Shown one piece after another: positions 8,082 to 15,674 of a stretch of 64,000 bases of DNA (the first letter of the stretch is position 1; each line of letters starts with the position of its first letter). The stretch comes from Verrucomicrobiota bacterium (GTDB lineage: Bacteria; Verrucomicrobiota; Kiritimatiellia; RFP12; UBA1067), in assembly GCA_050874585.1 (NCBI GenBank), contig JBNMKZ010000001.1:49257-113256 (forward strand), written 5' to 3'. Under the pieces are notes generated by a model that was not told the DNA's origin, made no database searches, and saw only the letters and a program-made list of their open reading frames with translations. Both the position numbers and the translations under genes were made by a program.

Positions 8082-8807
8082 ATGTCAGAAGTAAAAACAA
8101 CAAAGGCTGAAATAGCCTATAAAACAATCGTCCGCAAGGACCCCATAACAAATAAACCCGTTAACTGCGCACTCGTCGAAAGTGGACGCAAGGTCTCAAT
8201 CAGCCAGATTTTGGAGGAGGTGTCCGGCAACGGCCACGGAATCGGCAAAACCTCGGCGTTCCTGGGCATCTACCAGTCAATCCTGTCAGCTACCCTTGAG
8301 CACCTCATCGCTGGTGACTGTGTGACGCTGGATGGATTCGCACGCATCCACTGCACAGTCCGTGGCACCCTTGACCAGTCTGGAACAATCTCAAAGGAAA
8401 GGAACTCCCTGCACACGGTCATCCAGCCACTCGGGAAATTCAGATTCAAGATTGAAGACTTCACCTGGCGGAATGCCAACGCGGCAGAGAGGAGAATTCG
8501 CATGACCTCCGTTCTCTCCTGCGTAGCAGGCGCACAAAACGGACAAATCACAAAGGGGAAGGACATCCGCATCTATGGCGGCAATCTTGACTTGGCAACG
8601 GAAATTGTGCTGACATGGACTGCAGACGGGGAGGAGTCCTCAACGACAATACGGGTGAGCGACGCAGAGTCGGGCACCCTCCGACTCCCATGGCCAGCTG
8701 CACTAGACGAAGTCACCGCAGGAACCGCCATCACATTCACGGTCACTGTTGGAGAGGGTGCATCCACGCAGATGGTCAGCCGCACGGCTACACTCATGGA
8801 GGCGTAA
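8082..8807 (+). CDS. Hypothetical protein: HU/IHF-like DNA-binding fold fused to a beta-rich (Ig-like) C-terminal domain
   Basis: ATG 8082 follows the GAAGGAAG RBS. Residues ISQILEEVSG...LGIYQSILSATLEHLIAGDCVTLDGFARIHCTVRG resemble the HU helix-helix-beta-arm core. The C-terminal half is beta-strand-like (IRIYGGNLDLATEIVLTWT...ITFTVTV). Lower GC than neighbours. Only plus-strand gene in this neighbourhood. Confidence 0.55.
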   Translation: MSEVKTTKAEIAYKTIVRKDPITNKPVNCALVESGRKVSISQILEEVSGNGHGIGKTSAFLGIYQSILSATLEHLIAGDCVTLDGFARIHCTVRGTLDQSGTISKERNSLHTVIQPLGKFRFKIEDFTWRNANAAERRIRMTSVLSCVAGAQNGQITKGKDIRIYGGNLDLATEIVLTWTADGEESSTTIRVSDAESGTLRLPWPAALDEVTAGTAITFTVTVGEGASTQMVSRTATLMEA

Positions 8808-8845
8808 GGGCCTTCAAAGCGGACGGCTTGACGTAGCCTCCGCAG

Positions 8846-8883
8846 GGGACGGATGGGGAAATGCCCCATCCGTCCCTTTTTTT
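8846..8883 (+). terminator. Rho-independent terminator of the HU-like gene
   Basis: Perfect 13-bp stem GGGACGGATGGGG (8846-8858) / CCCCATCCGTCCC (8864-8876), 5-nt loop, then seven T (8877-8883). Confidence 0.88.
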
Positions 8884-8901
8884 GTCTCAAAACGGAATCC
8901 G

Positions 8902-9066
8902 CATCTCGTCATCAACGGCCCCAAAGCATCTCACGACACGGTCCAAAACATCTCTTGACTCTTGAAAATCAAGAGATGTCCGAAACTCGACCATGAGATC
9001 TTTTTGCCGCGAGCATCTCTTGACCGTGTTTTCGACCATCTCACGCCTTTCGAGAGTCGTGAGATG
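8902..9066. repeat. Array of eight CATCTC[AT][CT]G motifs forming nested inverted repeats
   Basis: Copies at 8902-8908, 8927-8935, 8949-8958, 8969-8978 (rc), 8992-9000 (rc), 9014-9023, 9037-9045 and 9058-9066 (rc). Lies in the convergent gap between the HU-like gene and panB. Confidence 0.8.
8945..8979 (-). terminator. Hairpin plus short T-run on minus strand (possible panB 3' terminator)
   Basis: Minus strand reads ACATCTCTTGA-ttttcaagag-TCAAGAGATGT followed by TTTGG. 11-bp perfect stem (8948-8958 / 8969-8979). About 170 nt past the panB stop. Confidence 0.3.
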
Positions 9067-9152
9067 TTCGGGATCCAAAAATCAGTCGCTCGTCTGAGGT
9101 TTCGTCCCTCCGGGAGGCGGAATCTTCAGGCGAAAGCCAAAGTAAAAACCAA

Positions 9153-9947
9153 TCAGGAGCGCGGCGGCGGCACAGGCGGGAAAATCCCGTCCCGCACCTC
9201 CGCGACATACGCCGCGAATGCCGTGCGCACGGTCTCGGAAAGATTCGCATAGCGCTTGGCGAAGGAAGGCGAACGCTCGCTCAACCCGAGGAGGTCATGC
9301 ATCACCAACCACTGCGCATCACAGACCGGACCCGCACCAATGCCAATCGTCGTAATGGAAAGCGCGGACGTAATGGCCGCCGCGAGTTCGGCCGGAATGC
9401 ACTCCAACGTGACGGCAAAGGCCCCCGCCGCCTGCACGGCATGCGCATCCGCCAAAATCCGTTCGGCCTCCTCTCGCGTCTTGCCCTGCTTGCGAAAGCC
9501 ACCGTACTCATTGACGCTTTGCGGGGTCATCCCGATGTGGGCGACAACGGGGATGCCCGCCTCGCACATCCGCCGAATCAGTCCCGTCACCCGTGCACCG
9601 CCCTCAAGCTTGACGGCATCCGCGCCAGCCTTGAGACAGGCAACGGCATTGCGCATCGCCTCATCATCACCGCACTGGTAACTGCCGAACGGCAGGTCGC
9701 CGACAACCATTGCATCCTTCACGGCCCGCGAAACCGCCGCGACAGCCGAAAGCGTCTCCTCCATCCGCACGGGTATCGTCGTCTCGTAGCCAAGCGTCGT
9801 CATTCCCATGGAATCACCAACGAGAATGATTGGCACGCCCGCCTCATCGGCCAAGCGTGCGAAGCACGCGTCATACGCCGTGCAGCACCCCAGCTTCTCA
9901 TGCCCTTTTGCCGCCCGAACAGTCGCCACATTCCACTTCTTCATCAC
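9153..9947 (-). CDS. panB: 3-methyl-2-oxobutanoate hydroxymethyltransferase (ketopantoate hydroxymethyltransferase)
   Basis: LGCCTAYDACFARLADEAGVPIILVGDSMGMTTLGYETT...GADAVKLEGG is canonical PanB. ATG at 9942-9944 is the likely true start (track start 9947 is GTG). Confidence 0.94.
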   Translation of the reverse strand: MMKKWNVATVRAAKGHEKLGCCTAYDACFARLADEAGVPIILVGDSMGMTTLGYETTIPVRMEETLSAVAAVSRAVKDAMVVGDLPFGSYQCGDDEAMRNAVACLKAGADAVKLEGGARVTGLIRRMCEAGIPVVAHIGMTPQSVNEYGGFRKQGKTREEAERILADAHAVQAAGAFAVTLECIPAELAAAITSALSITTIGIGAGPVCDAQWLVMHDLLGLSERSPSFAKRYANLSETVRTAFAAYVAEVRDGIFPPVPPPRS

Positions 9948-9977
9948 GTTGTCGTATCCCTTTTCTAAACTTACAGA

Positions 9978-10520
9978 CTACAGGGTTGGATTGTCAAATT
10001 CGCGAATCACGTCCAGGAGCTGCTCGGCAAGATCCGGATCCACCTCAAAGATATTCTCCTGCTTGGAGTAGGTTCGGTTGCTGATGTTCGCCTTGACGGC
10101 AATGAACCGGTCAAAACTCTCTTCCTTCGATGCCTTGCCGTATTTCTCGTGGTCCAGCACGCCATAGTTGACGAGGTTCTGGAAGATGTCATGAAGCCGC
10201 CCCGTGTCGACGGTAATGCGCTGCGTCTTGATTCGATCCCATGTCTCCTGCTGGTAGCGGTTTGCAAAATCGTTTGAAATGAGTTCGCTCGTCCCCTTCT
10301 TGAGAACCGCATACCCGGCACCGCTCAAGTAGAGGCCAATGCGCCGCGTCGGGCGGCGATTGAGATTGTAGTAGTGAATCTCAACCCAGTTCAGGGGGCT
10401 ATCCTTCACGGCAATGTAGGGGTCGACCCAAAACGGCCCGCACCCAGAAAGCGTCAGCAAGAAGACGGCGAGGGCGGCACACCATCCCCTCAGACGAAAG
10501 AAAGCGCGTCCATCACTCAT
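9978..10520 (-). CDS. Hypothetical lipoprotein
   Basis: Start moved to ATG 10518-10520 (MSDGRAFF...). Lipobox LLTLSGC. No recognisable family. Confidence 0.6.
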   Translation of the reverse strand: MSDGRAFFRLRGWCAALAVFLLTLSGCGPFWVDPYIAVKDSPLNWVEIHYYNLNRRPTRRIGLYLSGAGYAVLKKGTSELISNDFANRYQQETWDRIKTQRITVDTGRLHDIFQNLVNYGVLDHEKYGKASKEESFDRFIAVKANISNRTYSKQENIFEVDPDLAEQLLDVIREFDNPTL

Positions 10521-11328
10521 GTAAAGCCATCCTTTCTGCGGCAACCAGTCCCGCACCAAACAGTGTCAGCGTCGGGTCAATGATAAAATCAAGGTCAAGG
10601 TCCTTCAGCACCCAACGGGCAAATCCGCCCGTTGCGACGAGTTTGAAATCCTCGCCAAAATTCCGTCGAAGCTGCGCCACGATCTCGCGCACCATGCCCC
10701 GATACCCGACGAGCGCACCGAAGCGCATGGCCTCCTCGGTCGAGCGGCCAATCTTCGGGACGCGTCCGCTGCCAAGCTTCATGCGCGGCAATTTGGCCGT
10801 CCGCTCAAAGAGGTAGTCGCGCATCAGGGGGAAGCCCGGCGCAATCACGCCGCCGCGCCAAATGCGGTCGTGCGTCACCACGGCCGCCGTCAAGGCCGTG
10901 CCGAAGTCCATCACCAGCACGGGGGCACCGTAGCGCGAAACGGCTCCGGCGGCATCCGCCAGCCGATCCGCGCCAATCGTCTCCGGGTGCGGATAGTCCA
11001 GTACCAGCCGTTCGTTCTTCCTCGCCCGCCGAACGGCAAAATCCTCATAGGTAACCGAGTGAAAGCGCAGACCGAACCGCCGCGCCAGCGCCTGCCACTT
11101 CGCATCCATCCGGGGAACGACCGAAATGTAGGCAAAGCCATCCACACGCCGCGCTTCGGCCAAACTGCGGACGCAAGCCGCCGCCTCGTCAAATCCACCG
11201 TCGCAATGCGAAACGCGGCTCACGCGGCCATTGGACCACAGTCCCACGGCAACGCTCGTATTCCCGACATCAACGACAATCAGGTTCACGGCACACGAAT
11301 CCACCGACCGCGTCAGACGGCCCGCCAT
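10513..11328 (-). CDS. coaX: Type III pantothenate kinase
   Basis: NLIVVDVGNTSVAVGLW N-terminal ASKHA motif; ...VMDFGTALT...; ATGGFARW. Start set to internal ATG (MAGRLTRS...). Confidence 0.9.
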   Translation of the reverse strand: MAGRLTRSVDSCAVNLIVVDVGNTSVAVGLWSNGRVSRVSHCDGGFDEAAACVRSLAEARRVDGFAYISVVPRMDAKWQALARRFGLRFHSVTYEDFAVRRARKNERLVLDYPHPETIGADRLADAAGAVSRYGAPVLVMDFGTALTAAVVTHDRIWRGGVIAPGFPLMRDYLFERTAKLPRMKLGSGRVPKIGRSTEEAMRFGALVGYRGMVREIVAQLRRNFGEDFKLVATGGFARWVLKDLDLDFIIDPTLTLFGAGLVAAERMALHE

Positions 11329-12209
11329 TCGAGCGACAAATCGACGGAACCGGCACTGTGCGTCAGGCACCCAAGCGAAATCGCCGTGACCCCCGTTGCG
11401 GCCACCTCACGCGCCCGGTCGAGCGTAATGCCGCCCGATGCCTCCGTCTTCGAAATGCCCTTGCACATCTTGACGCACTTCTTCATGTCCGCAACGGACA
11501 TATTGTCGAGCATAATCCACTCGGGCTTCGCCTTCAGCGCACTCGCGCATTCGCGCAGGCTCTCGACCTCGACCTCGACATCCAGCTTCGGGAACGCCTT
11601 CCGCGCCGCCACGACGGCCTGGTCGAGTTCGTCCGGATTTCCGCCGCGCCAAAGCCGACGATGGTTGTCCTTCATCAGGATGCGGTCATACATTCCCATG
11701 CGGTGGTTCGTACCGCCACCACACGTCACCGCATACTTTTCAAAGACGCGCAGTCCGGGCGTCGTCTTGCGTGTATCAAGAATCAGCGTGCCATACCGCT
11801 TCGTCGCCTCCACAAACTTGTGGGCCAGCGTCGCCGTCGCACACATCCGCTGCATAAAATTAAGAGCCGTGCGCTCCGCCGCGAGAATCGAGCGCGCCTT
11901 GCCGCGAAAGATGAGAATCGGTTCGCCCGGCTTCACGACCGAGCCATCCTTCTTCAGAATCTTGACGGAAATCTTCGGGTCGACGGCCTTCATGACCGCA
12001 CGAGCCACCGTTGCCCCGGAGACGACGCACCCCGTCCCCTTCGCATAAATCTCACCCGTCGCAACCGCCTTCGGGTCGACAAGCGCAATGGACGTCGCGT
12101 CCACGCGCGGCGACGACTTGACGGACGACACCGAAACCAAGTCCTCGTCCAGCGCAAGCTGAACGGCTGCCCGTGCACGGGGCGAGAGCATCACGTCTTT
12201 CATGCGCAC
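11313..12209 (-). CDS. nadC: Nicotinate-nucleotide pyrophosphorylase (carboxylating) / quinolinate phosphoribosyltransferase
   Basis: LDTRKTTPGLRVFEKYAVTCGGGTNHRMGMYDRILMKDNH and C-terminal EASGGITL are classic NadC motifs. Confidence 0.94.
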   Translation of the reverse strand: MRMKDVMLSPRARAAVQLALDEDLVSVSSVKSSPRVDATSIALVDPKAVATGEIYAKGTGCVVSGATVARAVMKAVDPKISVKILKKDGSVVKPGEPILIFRGKARSILAAERTALNFMQRMCATATLAHKFVEATKRYGTLILDTRKTTPGLRVFEKYAVTCGGGTNHRMGMYDRILMKDNHRRLWRGGNPDELDQAVVAARKAFPKLDVEVEVESLRECASALKAKPEWIMLDNMSVADMKKCVKMCKGISKTEASGGITLDRAREVAATGVTAISLGCLTHSAGSVDLSLEWRAV

Positions 12210-12213
12210 CCCC

Positions 12214-12447
12214 TTAGGCCGGCATCAGCGACACCCAGTGCTGATAGAGGATGTAAGTCAGGAGACCAGCCACGGCAAGCGCGAGAAGCCCCGCGGCAAA
12301 CGCAAAGGTCGTCCCCTTCTTGCCGACGGTTGGGCCTTTCACTTCAGCCGGATTCGTCAAATCAAGCTTAAAGCGATCGGCGATGGTCGCACCGCCCGTC
12401 GTTGCCACGACGGGACCTCCAGCAGGAATTGGCTTCTTGATTTTCAT
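12214..12447 (-). CDS. Small hypothetical protein with C-terminal membrane anchor (77 aa)
   Basis: MKIKKPIPAGGP...TTFAFAAGLLALAVAGLLTYILY. Stop lies 4 nt before the nadC start. The ATG sits 6 nt downstream of an extended -10 element. Confidence 0.5.
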   Translation of the reverse strand: MKIKKPIPAGGPVVATTGGATIADRFKLDLTNPAEVKGPTVGKKGTTFAFAAGLLALAVAGLLTYILYQHWVSLMPA

Positions 12448-12453
12448 GCCGAT

Positions 12454-12462
12454 ATTATACCA
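12454..12462 (-). promoter_or_regulatory. Extended -10 element TGGTATAAT (leaderless configuration)
   Basis: Revcomp of ATTATACCA; 6 nt (ATCGGC) separate it from ATG 12447. Confidence 0.55.
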
Positions 12463-12574
12463 CGAGTGAGACGATTTCAGCAAGTCCACCGCCATTCTCA
12501 AAAGTTGGAGATTTCACAAAAAGAAAATCAATCGCCGCGTACGCGAGGGGGACGCGGCGGGCCGGACCGCCCCT

Positions 12575-13190
12575 GGCTTTCGTGTCCCACGGTTGTTTAC
12601 CACTGAATGCACTGAAACTGCCTTCGTCAGACACTGAAGGACACCGAAGCCTTGCGTTCTCCCTGCGGGGCTGACACGAAAGGCCACCAAAACCGGCGAA
12701 GCCGGACACGAAAAACCTTCAGTGAATTTCAGTGTCGGCCGATAGGCCGATTCAGTGCATTCAGTGGCAAAAAACAAGCACCACCCTCCCCCGTGGTTGT
12801 TTACCACTGAAAGCGAAACTGCCTTCGGCAGACACTGAAGGTCACCGAAGCCTTGCGTTCTCCCTGCGGGGCTGACACGAAAGGCCACCAAAACCGGCGA
12901 AGCCGGACACGAAAAACCTTCCGTCTGTTCCGTGGTTGACCGACCTCACCTTCAGTGAATTTCAGTGTCGGTCGCCAGTCCGGTTCAGTGTGTTCAGTGG
13001 CAGAAAAGAGCACCACCCTCCCCAGCTTTCGTGTCCCGAAGGGTTTTCGCGGCATTTCGTGTTCGGCCGCAGGCCATTCAACCCTCCCCGCGGGACACAC
13101 GAGAAGGCACGAAAGCTGCCTGACGACGGACACAAAACCGCCGCGCGCCCTTCCGTGAATTTCAGTGTCGGTCGCCAGGCTTGCATGGTA
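12575..13190. repeat. Three degenerate tandem units (~200-230 bp) of a GC-rich interspersed repeat family (modules X and Y)
   Basis: Module X is 70/70 identical at 12650-12719 and 12851-12920 (CCTTGCGTTCTCCCTGCGGGGCTGACACGAAAGGCCACCAAAACCGGCGAAGCCGGACACGAAAAACCTT). Module Y (GAATTTCAGTGTCGG...TTCAGTG..TTCAGTGGCA) lies at 12723-12777, 12957-13008 and 13157-13179. A further X-Y copy lies at 29631-29766. Confidence 0.9.
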
Positions 13191-13250
13191 AACGCCAGCA
13201 ATCTAATGGTCTGGCAGAAAGAAAGAAGCGTCGAAAGAGGACGGACCAAA

Positions 13251-13307
13251 GTCCTAACTGCAACTCAAACGAGTCCTAACTGCAACTCGTGCGAGTTCCA
13301 GTTAGCC
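13251..13307. repeat. Short repeat cluster GTCCTAACTGCAACTC x2 plus inverted partial copy
   Basis: Direct copies at 13251-13266 and 13273-13288; GAGTTCCAGTTAGCC at 13293-13307. Related motifs recur at 43071-43154. Confidence 0.8.
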
Positions 13308-13506
13308 AAACTTCGGCAGATATGGGTCAGCGCGGCGGTTTGATTGCGCGGCAATCGTCCCGCCCGGCAGGTCAAGGCCGTCCGAAAGGATTCCCATCAC
13401 CGCATCGCGGCACTTGTCATCGGACTGAACAAGAACGATTTCGGACCGTCACTTGCAGGCATAGCATGGACATAGGCCTCGGGAAAGCGCAAAATGCCTC
13501 AACTTT

Positions 13507-13515
13507 TGATATACT
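13507..13515 (+). promoter_or_regulatory. Extended -10 element TGATATACT for ldh
   Basis: 41 nt upstream of ATG 13557. AAAGGAGG RBS at 13543-13550. Confidence 0.55.
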
Positions 13516-13556
13516 ATGTGTCGTCCATTGGACAATTCAAATAAAGGAGGTCTACG

Positions 13557-14528
13557 ATGAACAAGACTCGGAAGGTGACAATCGTCGGAGCGGGGAATGT
13601 CGGTGCAAGTTTCGCCTATGCGCTGATGCAGGCGGGCGATGCCGAGGAAATCGCCCTCATGGATGCCTCGGAGAAGTTTGCGCACGGGCAGGTTCTCGAC
13701 CTGGCACAGGGCAAGGCCTTTGTCCCCGAAGTGGATATCCATGTCGGGACTGACGCGGACTTTACCGACTCCGACCTCATCGTCATCACGGCCGGTGCCA
13801 AGCAGGCCCCCGGCGAAACGCGCATCGACCTCCTGCGAAGAAACGCCGGCATCATTGCCGACCTGGCCCGAAAAATTGCCGCGTCCGGCTCCACCGGCGT
13901 CATGATGCTCGTCTCCAATCCCGTCGACATCCTCACGAAAATTGCCGCGGATGTCTCCGGTTGGCCCCGCGAGCGCGTCATCGGTTCGGGAACCGTGCTG
14001 GACACGGCCCGCTTCCGCCACGCCCTTGCCGCGTGCGCGGGTATTGATGCACGGAACGTGCACGGCTACATTCTTGGGGAGCACGGCGACAGCGAATTCG
14101 CCGCCTGGTCGCTGACGACGATTGCCGGACAGTCGCCGCTCGCCTTCTGCTCATCCTGCCCCAATTGTGAAAAACTCACCTCTCACGCTGACATTCAGAA
14201 CTCCATCCTGCAACGCGTGCGCGACTCGGCCTATGAAATCATTACGGACAAGGGCTCGACCTACTACGCCATCGGTCTTGCCATGTGCCGCATCGCCAAG
14301 GCCATCCTGCGCGACGAACACGCCGTCCTGCCCGTCTCCGTCACCCTCAACGGCGAATACGGTCTTTCGGGGGTCGCCCTTTCCGTCCCCTGCGTCGTCG
14401 GACGCACGGGCGTCCAGCGCATTCTCAACGCCAAACTCTCCGAAGAAGAACAAAAGGCGCTCACCGTTTCCGGGGAGCGCCTCCGTTCGGCCCTTGACGA
14501 AATCAAGGGTTCGTCTTCTAACCTTTAG
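13557..14528 (+). CDS. ldh: L-lactate dehydrogenase
   Basis: VTIVGAGNVGASFAYAL Rossmann motif; GAKQAPGETRIDLL (Gln in the substrate-specificity loop favours LDH over MDH); DTARFR; GEHGDS catalytic His. Confidence 0.9.
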   Translation: MNKTRKVTIVGAGNVGASFAYALMQAGDAEEIALMDASEKFAHGQVLDLAQGKAFVPEVDIHVGTDADFTDSDLIVITAGAKQAPGETRIDLLRRNAGIIADLARKIAASGSTGVMMLVSNPVDILTKIAADVSGWPRERVIGSGTVLDTARFRHALAACAGIDARNVHGYILGEHGDSEFAAWSLTTIAGQSPLAFCSSCPNCEKLTSHADIQNSILQRVRDSAYEIITDKGSTYYAIGLAMCRIAKAILRDEHAVLPVSVTLNGEYGLSGVALSVPCVVGRTGVQRILNAKLSEEEQKALTVSGERLRSALDEIKGSSSNL

Positions 14529-15565
14529 GCCTTGTAAGTGACAACGCCCTTGCCCTTGCGAATCACGCCAATCACATTGTAGGGCTGGTGCATGGCCTTG
14601 AGAATCCGCGTCGCCTTGTCGAGCTGGTTCTTCGGGAGGATGACGACGAAACCGATACCCATGTTGAACACGCGGTACATCTCGTCGTGATCCACCTTGC
14701 CCTGACGCTCGATGAACTTGAAGATGGTCGGGACTTCCCAAGACTCACGGTCAATCTCGGCGTTCACGGACTTCGGCAGCACACGCGGAATGTTATCCGG
14801 GAAGCCACCACCCGTGATGTGCGCCATACCCGTAATCTTGATCTTGCGCTCCATCAACTTGGCGACGGGCTTGAGGAAGCTCCTGTGGACGGCGAGCAAC
14901 GCATCGCCGAACGTCTGGTTCGTCCCCGGCAACTTGTCCTGGGGCGAATACTGGCAGAGGTCGAAAATGACGCGCCGCGCCAGCGAAAAACCGTTCGTCT
15001 GAAGTCCGCCCGAGGGGAAACCGATAATCACATCCCCTGCGCGGATGGACTTGCCCGTAATCAAATCCTTCTTCGCCACGTGGCCGACAATCGTGCCGAC
15101 GAGGTCGTACTCACCAACCGGGTAGAGACCCGGCATCTCGGCCGTCTCACCGCCGAGAAGCGTCATCTTGTTCTCCTTGCAGGCCTTGCACAGTCCGCTC
15201 ACGACAGACTTGAACTGCGCGGCGTCAAACTTCGCCGTACCGACATAGTCCATGAAAAAGAGCGGCTTCGCGCCCTGGACGAGAATGTCGTTCACGCAGT
15301 GGTTGACGATGTCCTGCCCGACGGTGTCGTGCCGGTTCATCATTGCCGCGACCTTCAGCTTCGTACCCACGCCATCCGTCGAGGCAACGAGAATCTCATC
15401 ACGCCCGGACGGGACCTTGTGAAGGCCGCCAAAGGAACCAATGCCCCCCAACGTCAGGGGCGTCTTCGTATCTGCAACCATCGCCTTAATCGAATTGAGC
15501 GCGGTCATCTTGTTGTCGATGTTCACGCCGGCCTTGGCGTAGGCTGAAACTTTCTTGTCGGACAT
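14525..15565 (-). CDS. purM: Phosphoribosylformylglycinamidine cyclo-ligase (AIR synthetase)
   Basis: MSDKKVSAYAKAGVNIDN...STDGVGTKLKVA...DYVGT... is canonical PurM. Start moved to ATG 15563-15565 because the longer track ORF runs into the fba terminator hairpin. Confidence 0.93.
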   Translation of the reverse strand: MSDKKVSAYAKAGVNIDNKMTALNSIKAMVADTKTPLTLGGIGSFGGLHKVPSGRDEILVASTDGVGTKLKVAAMMNRHDTVGQDIVNHCVNDILVQGAKPLFFMDYVGTAKFDAAQFKSVVSGLCKACKENKMTLLGGETAEMPGLYPVGEYDLVGTIVGHVAKKDLITGKSIRAGDVIIGFPSGGLQTNGFSLARRVIFDLCQYSPQDKLPGTNQTFGDALLAVHRSFLKPVAKLMERKIKITGMAHITGGGFPDNIPRVLPKSVNAEIDRESWEVPTIFKFIERQGKVDHDEMYRVFNMGIGFVVILPKNQLDKATRILKAMHQPYNVIGVIRKGKGVVTYKA

Positions 15566-15633
15566 TTTCTGAAAACCTTTCTTGCTCACACGAACGCCCC
15601 ACACCTGCGGGGACGCCTGTTCATAGACACGAA

Positions 15634-15659
15634 GGGCGCGTGACTTCATTCACGCGCCC
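15634..15659 (-). terminator. Hairpin after fba (intrinsic terminator candidate)
   Basis: Perfect 10-bp stem GGGCGCGTGA (15634-15643) / TCACGCGCCC (15650-15659), 6-nt loop. On the minus strand it is followed by TTCGTGTCT (weak U-tract). Confidence 0.45.
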
Positions 15660-15674
15660 CCCGGTCTGCTCGAC

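Noticed and set aside
8887-9078. 63-aa minus-strand ORF across the CATCTC motif array
   Set aside because: No RBS. It contains a terminator-like hairpin in its middle and runs into the terminator of the opposite gene. Its internal peptide similarity simply reflects the DNA motif. It remains only as an alternative in the corresponding finding.
12575-13190. Possible CRISPR array in the repeat-rich regions (also 27365-27736)
   Set aside because: Repeat units are 145-230 bp, contiguous or degenerate. They are not 25-40-bp repeats separated by unique spacers. No cas genes are present in the window.
13302-13448. Protein-like minus-strand frame ...EIVLVQSDDKCRDAVMGILSDGLDLPGGTIAAQSNRRADPYLPKFG
   Set aside because: The frame is open for only ~48 codons after a stop. 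It has no start codon other than an internal Met, and its end runs into the CTAACTG repeat. It may be the remnant of a gene disrupted by repeat insertion, but this cannot be supported without a homology search.
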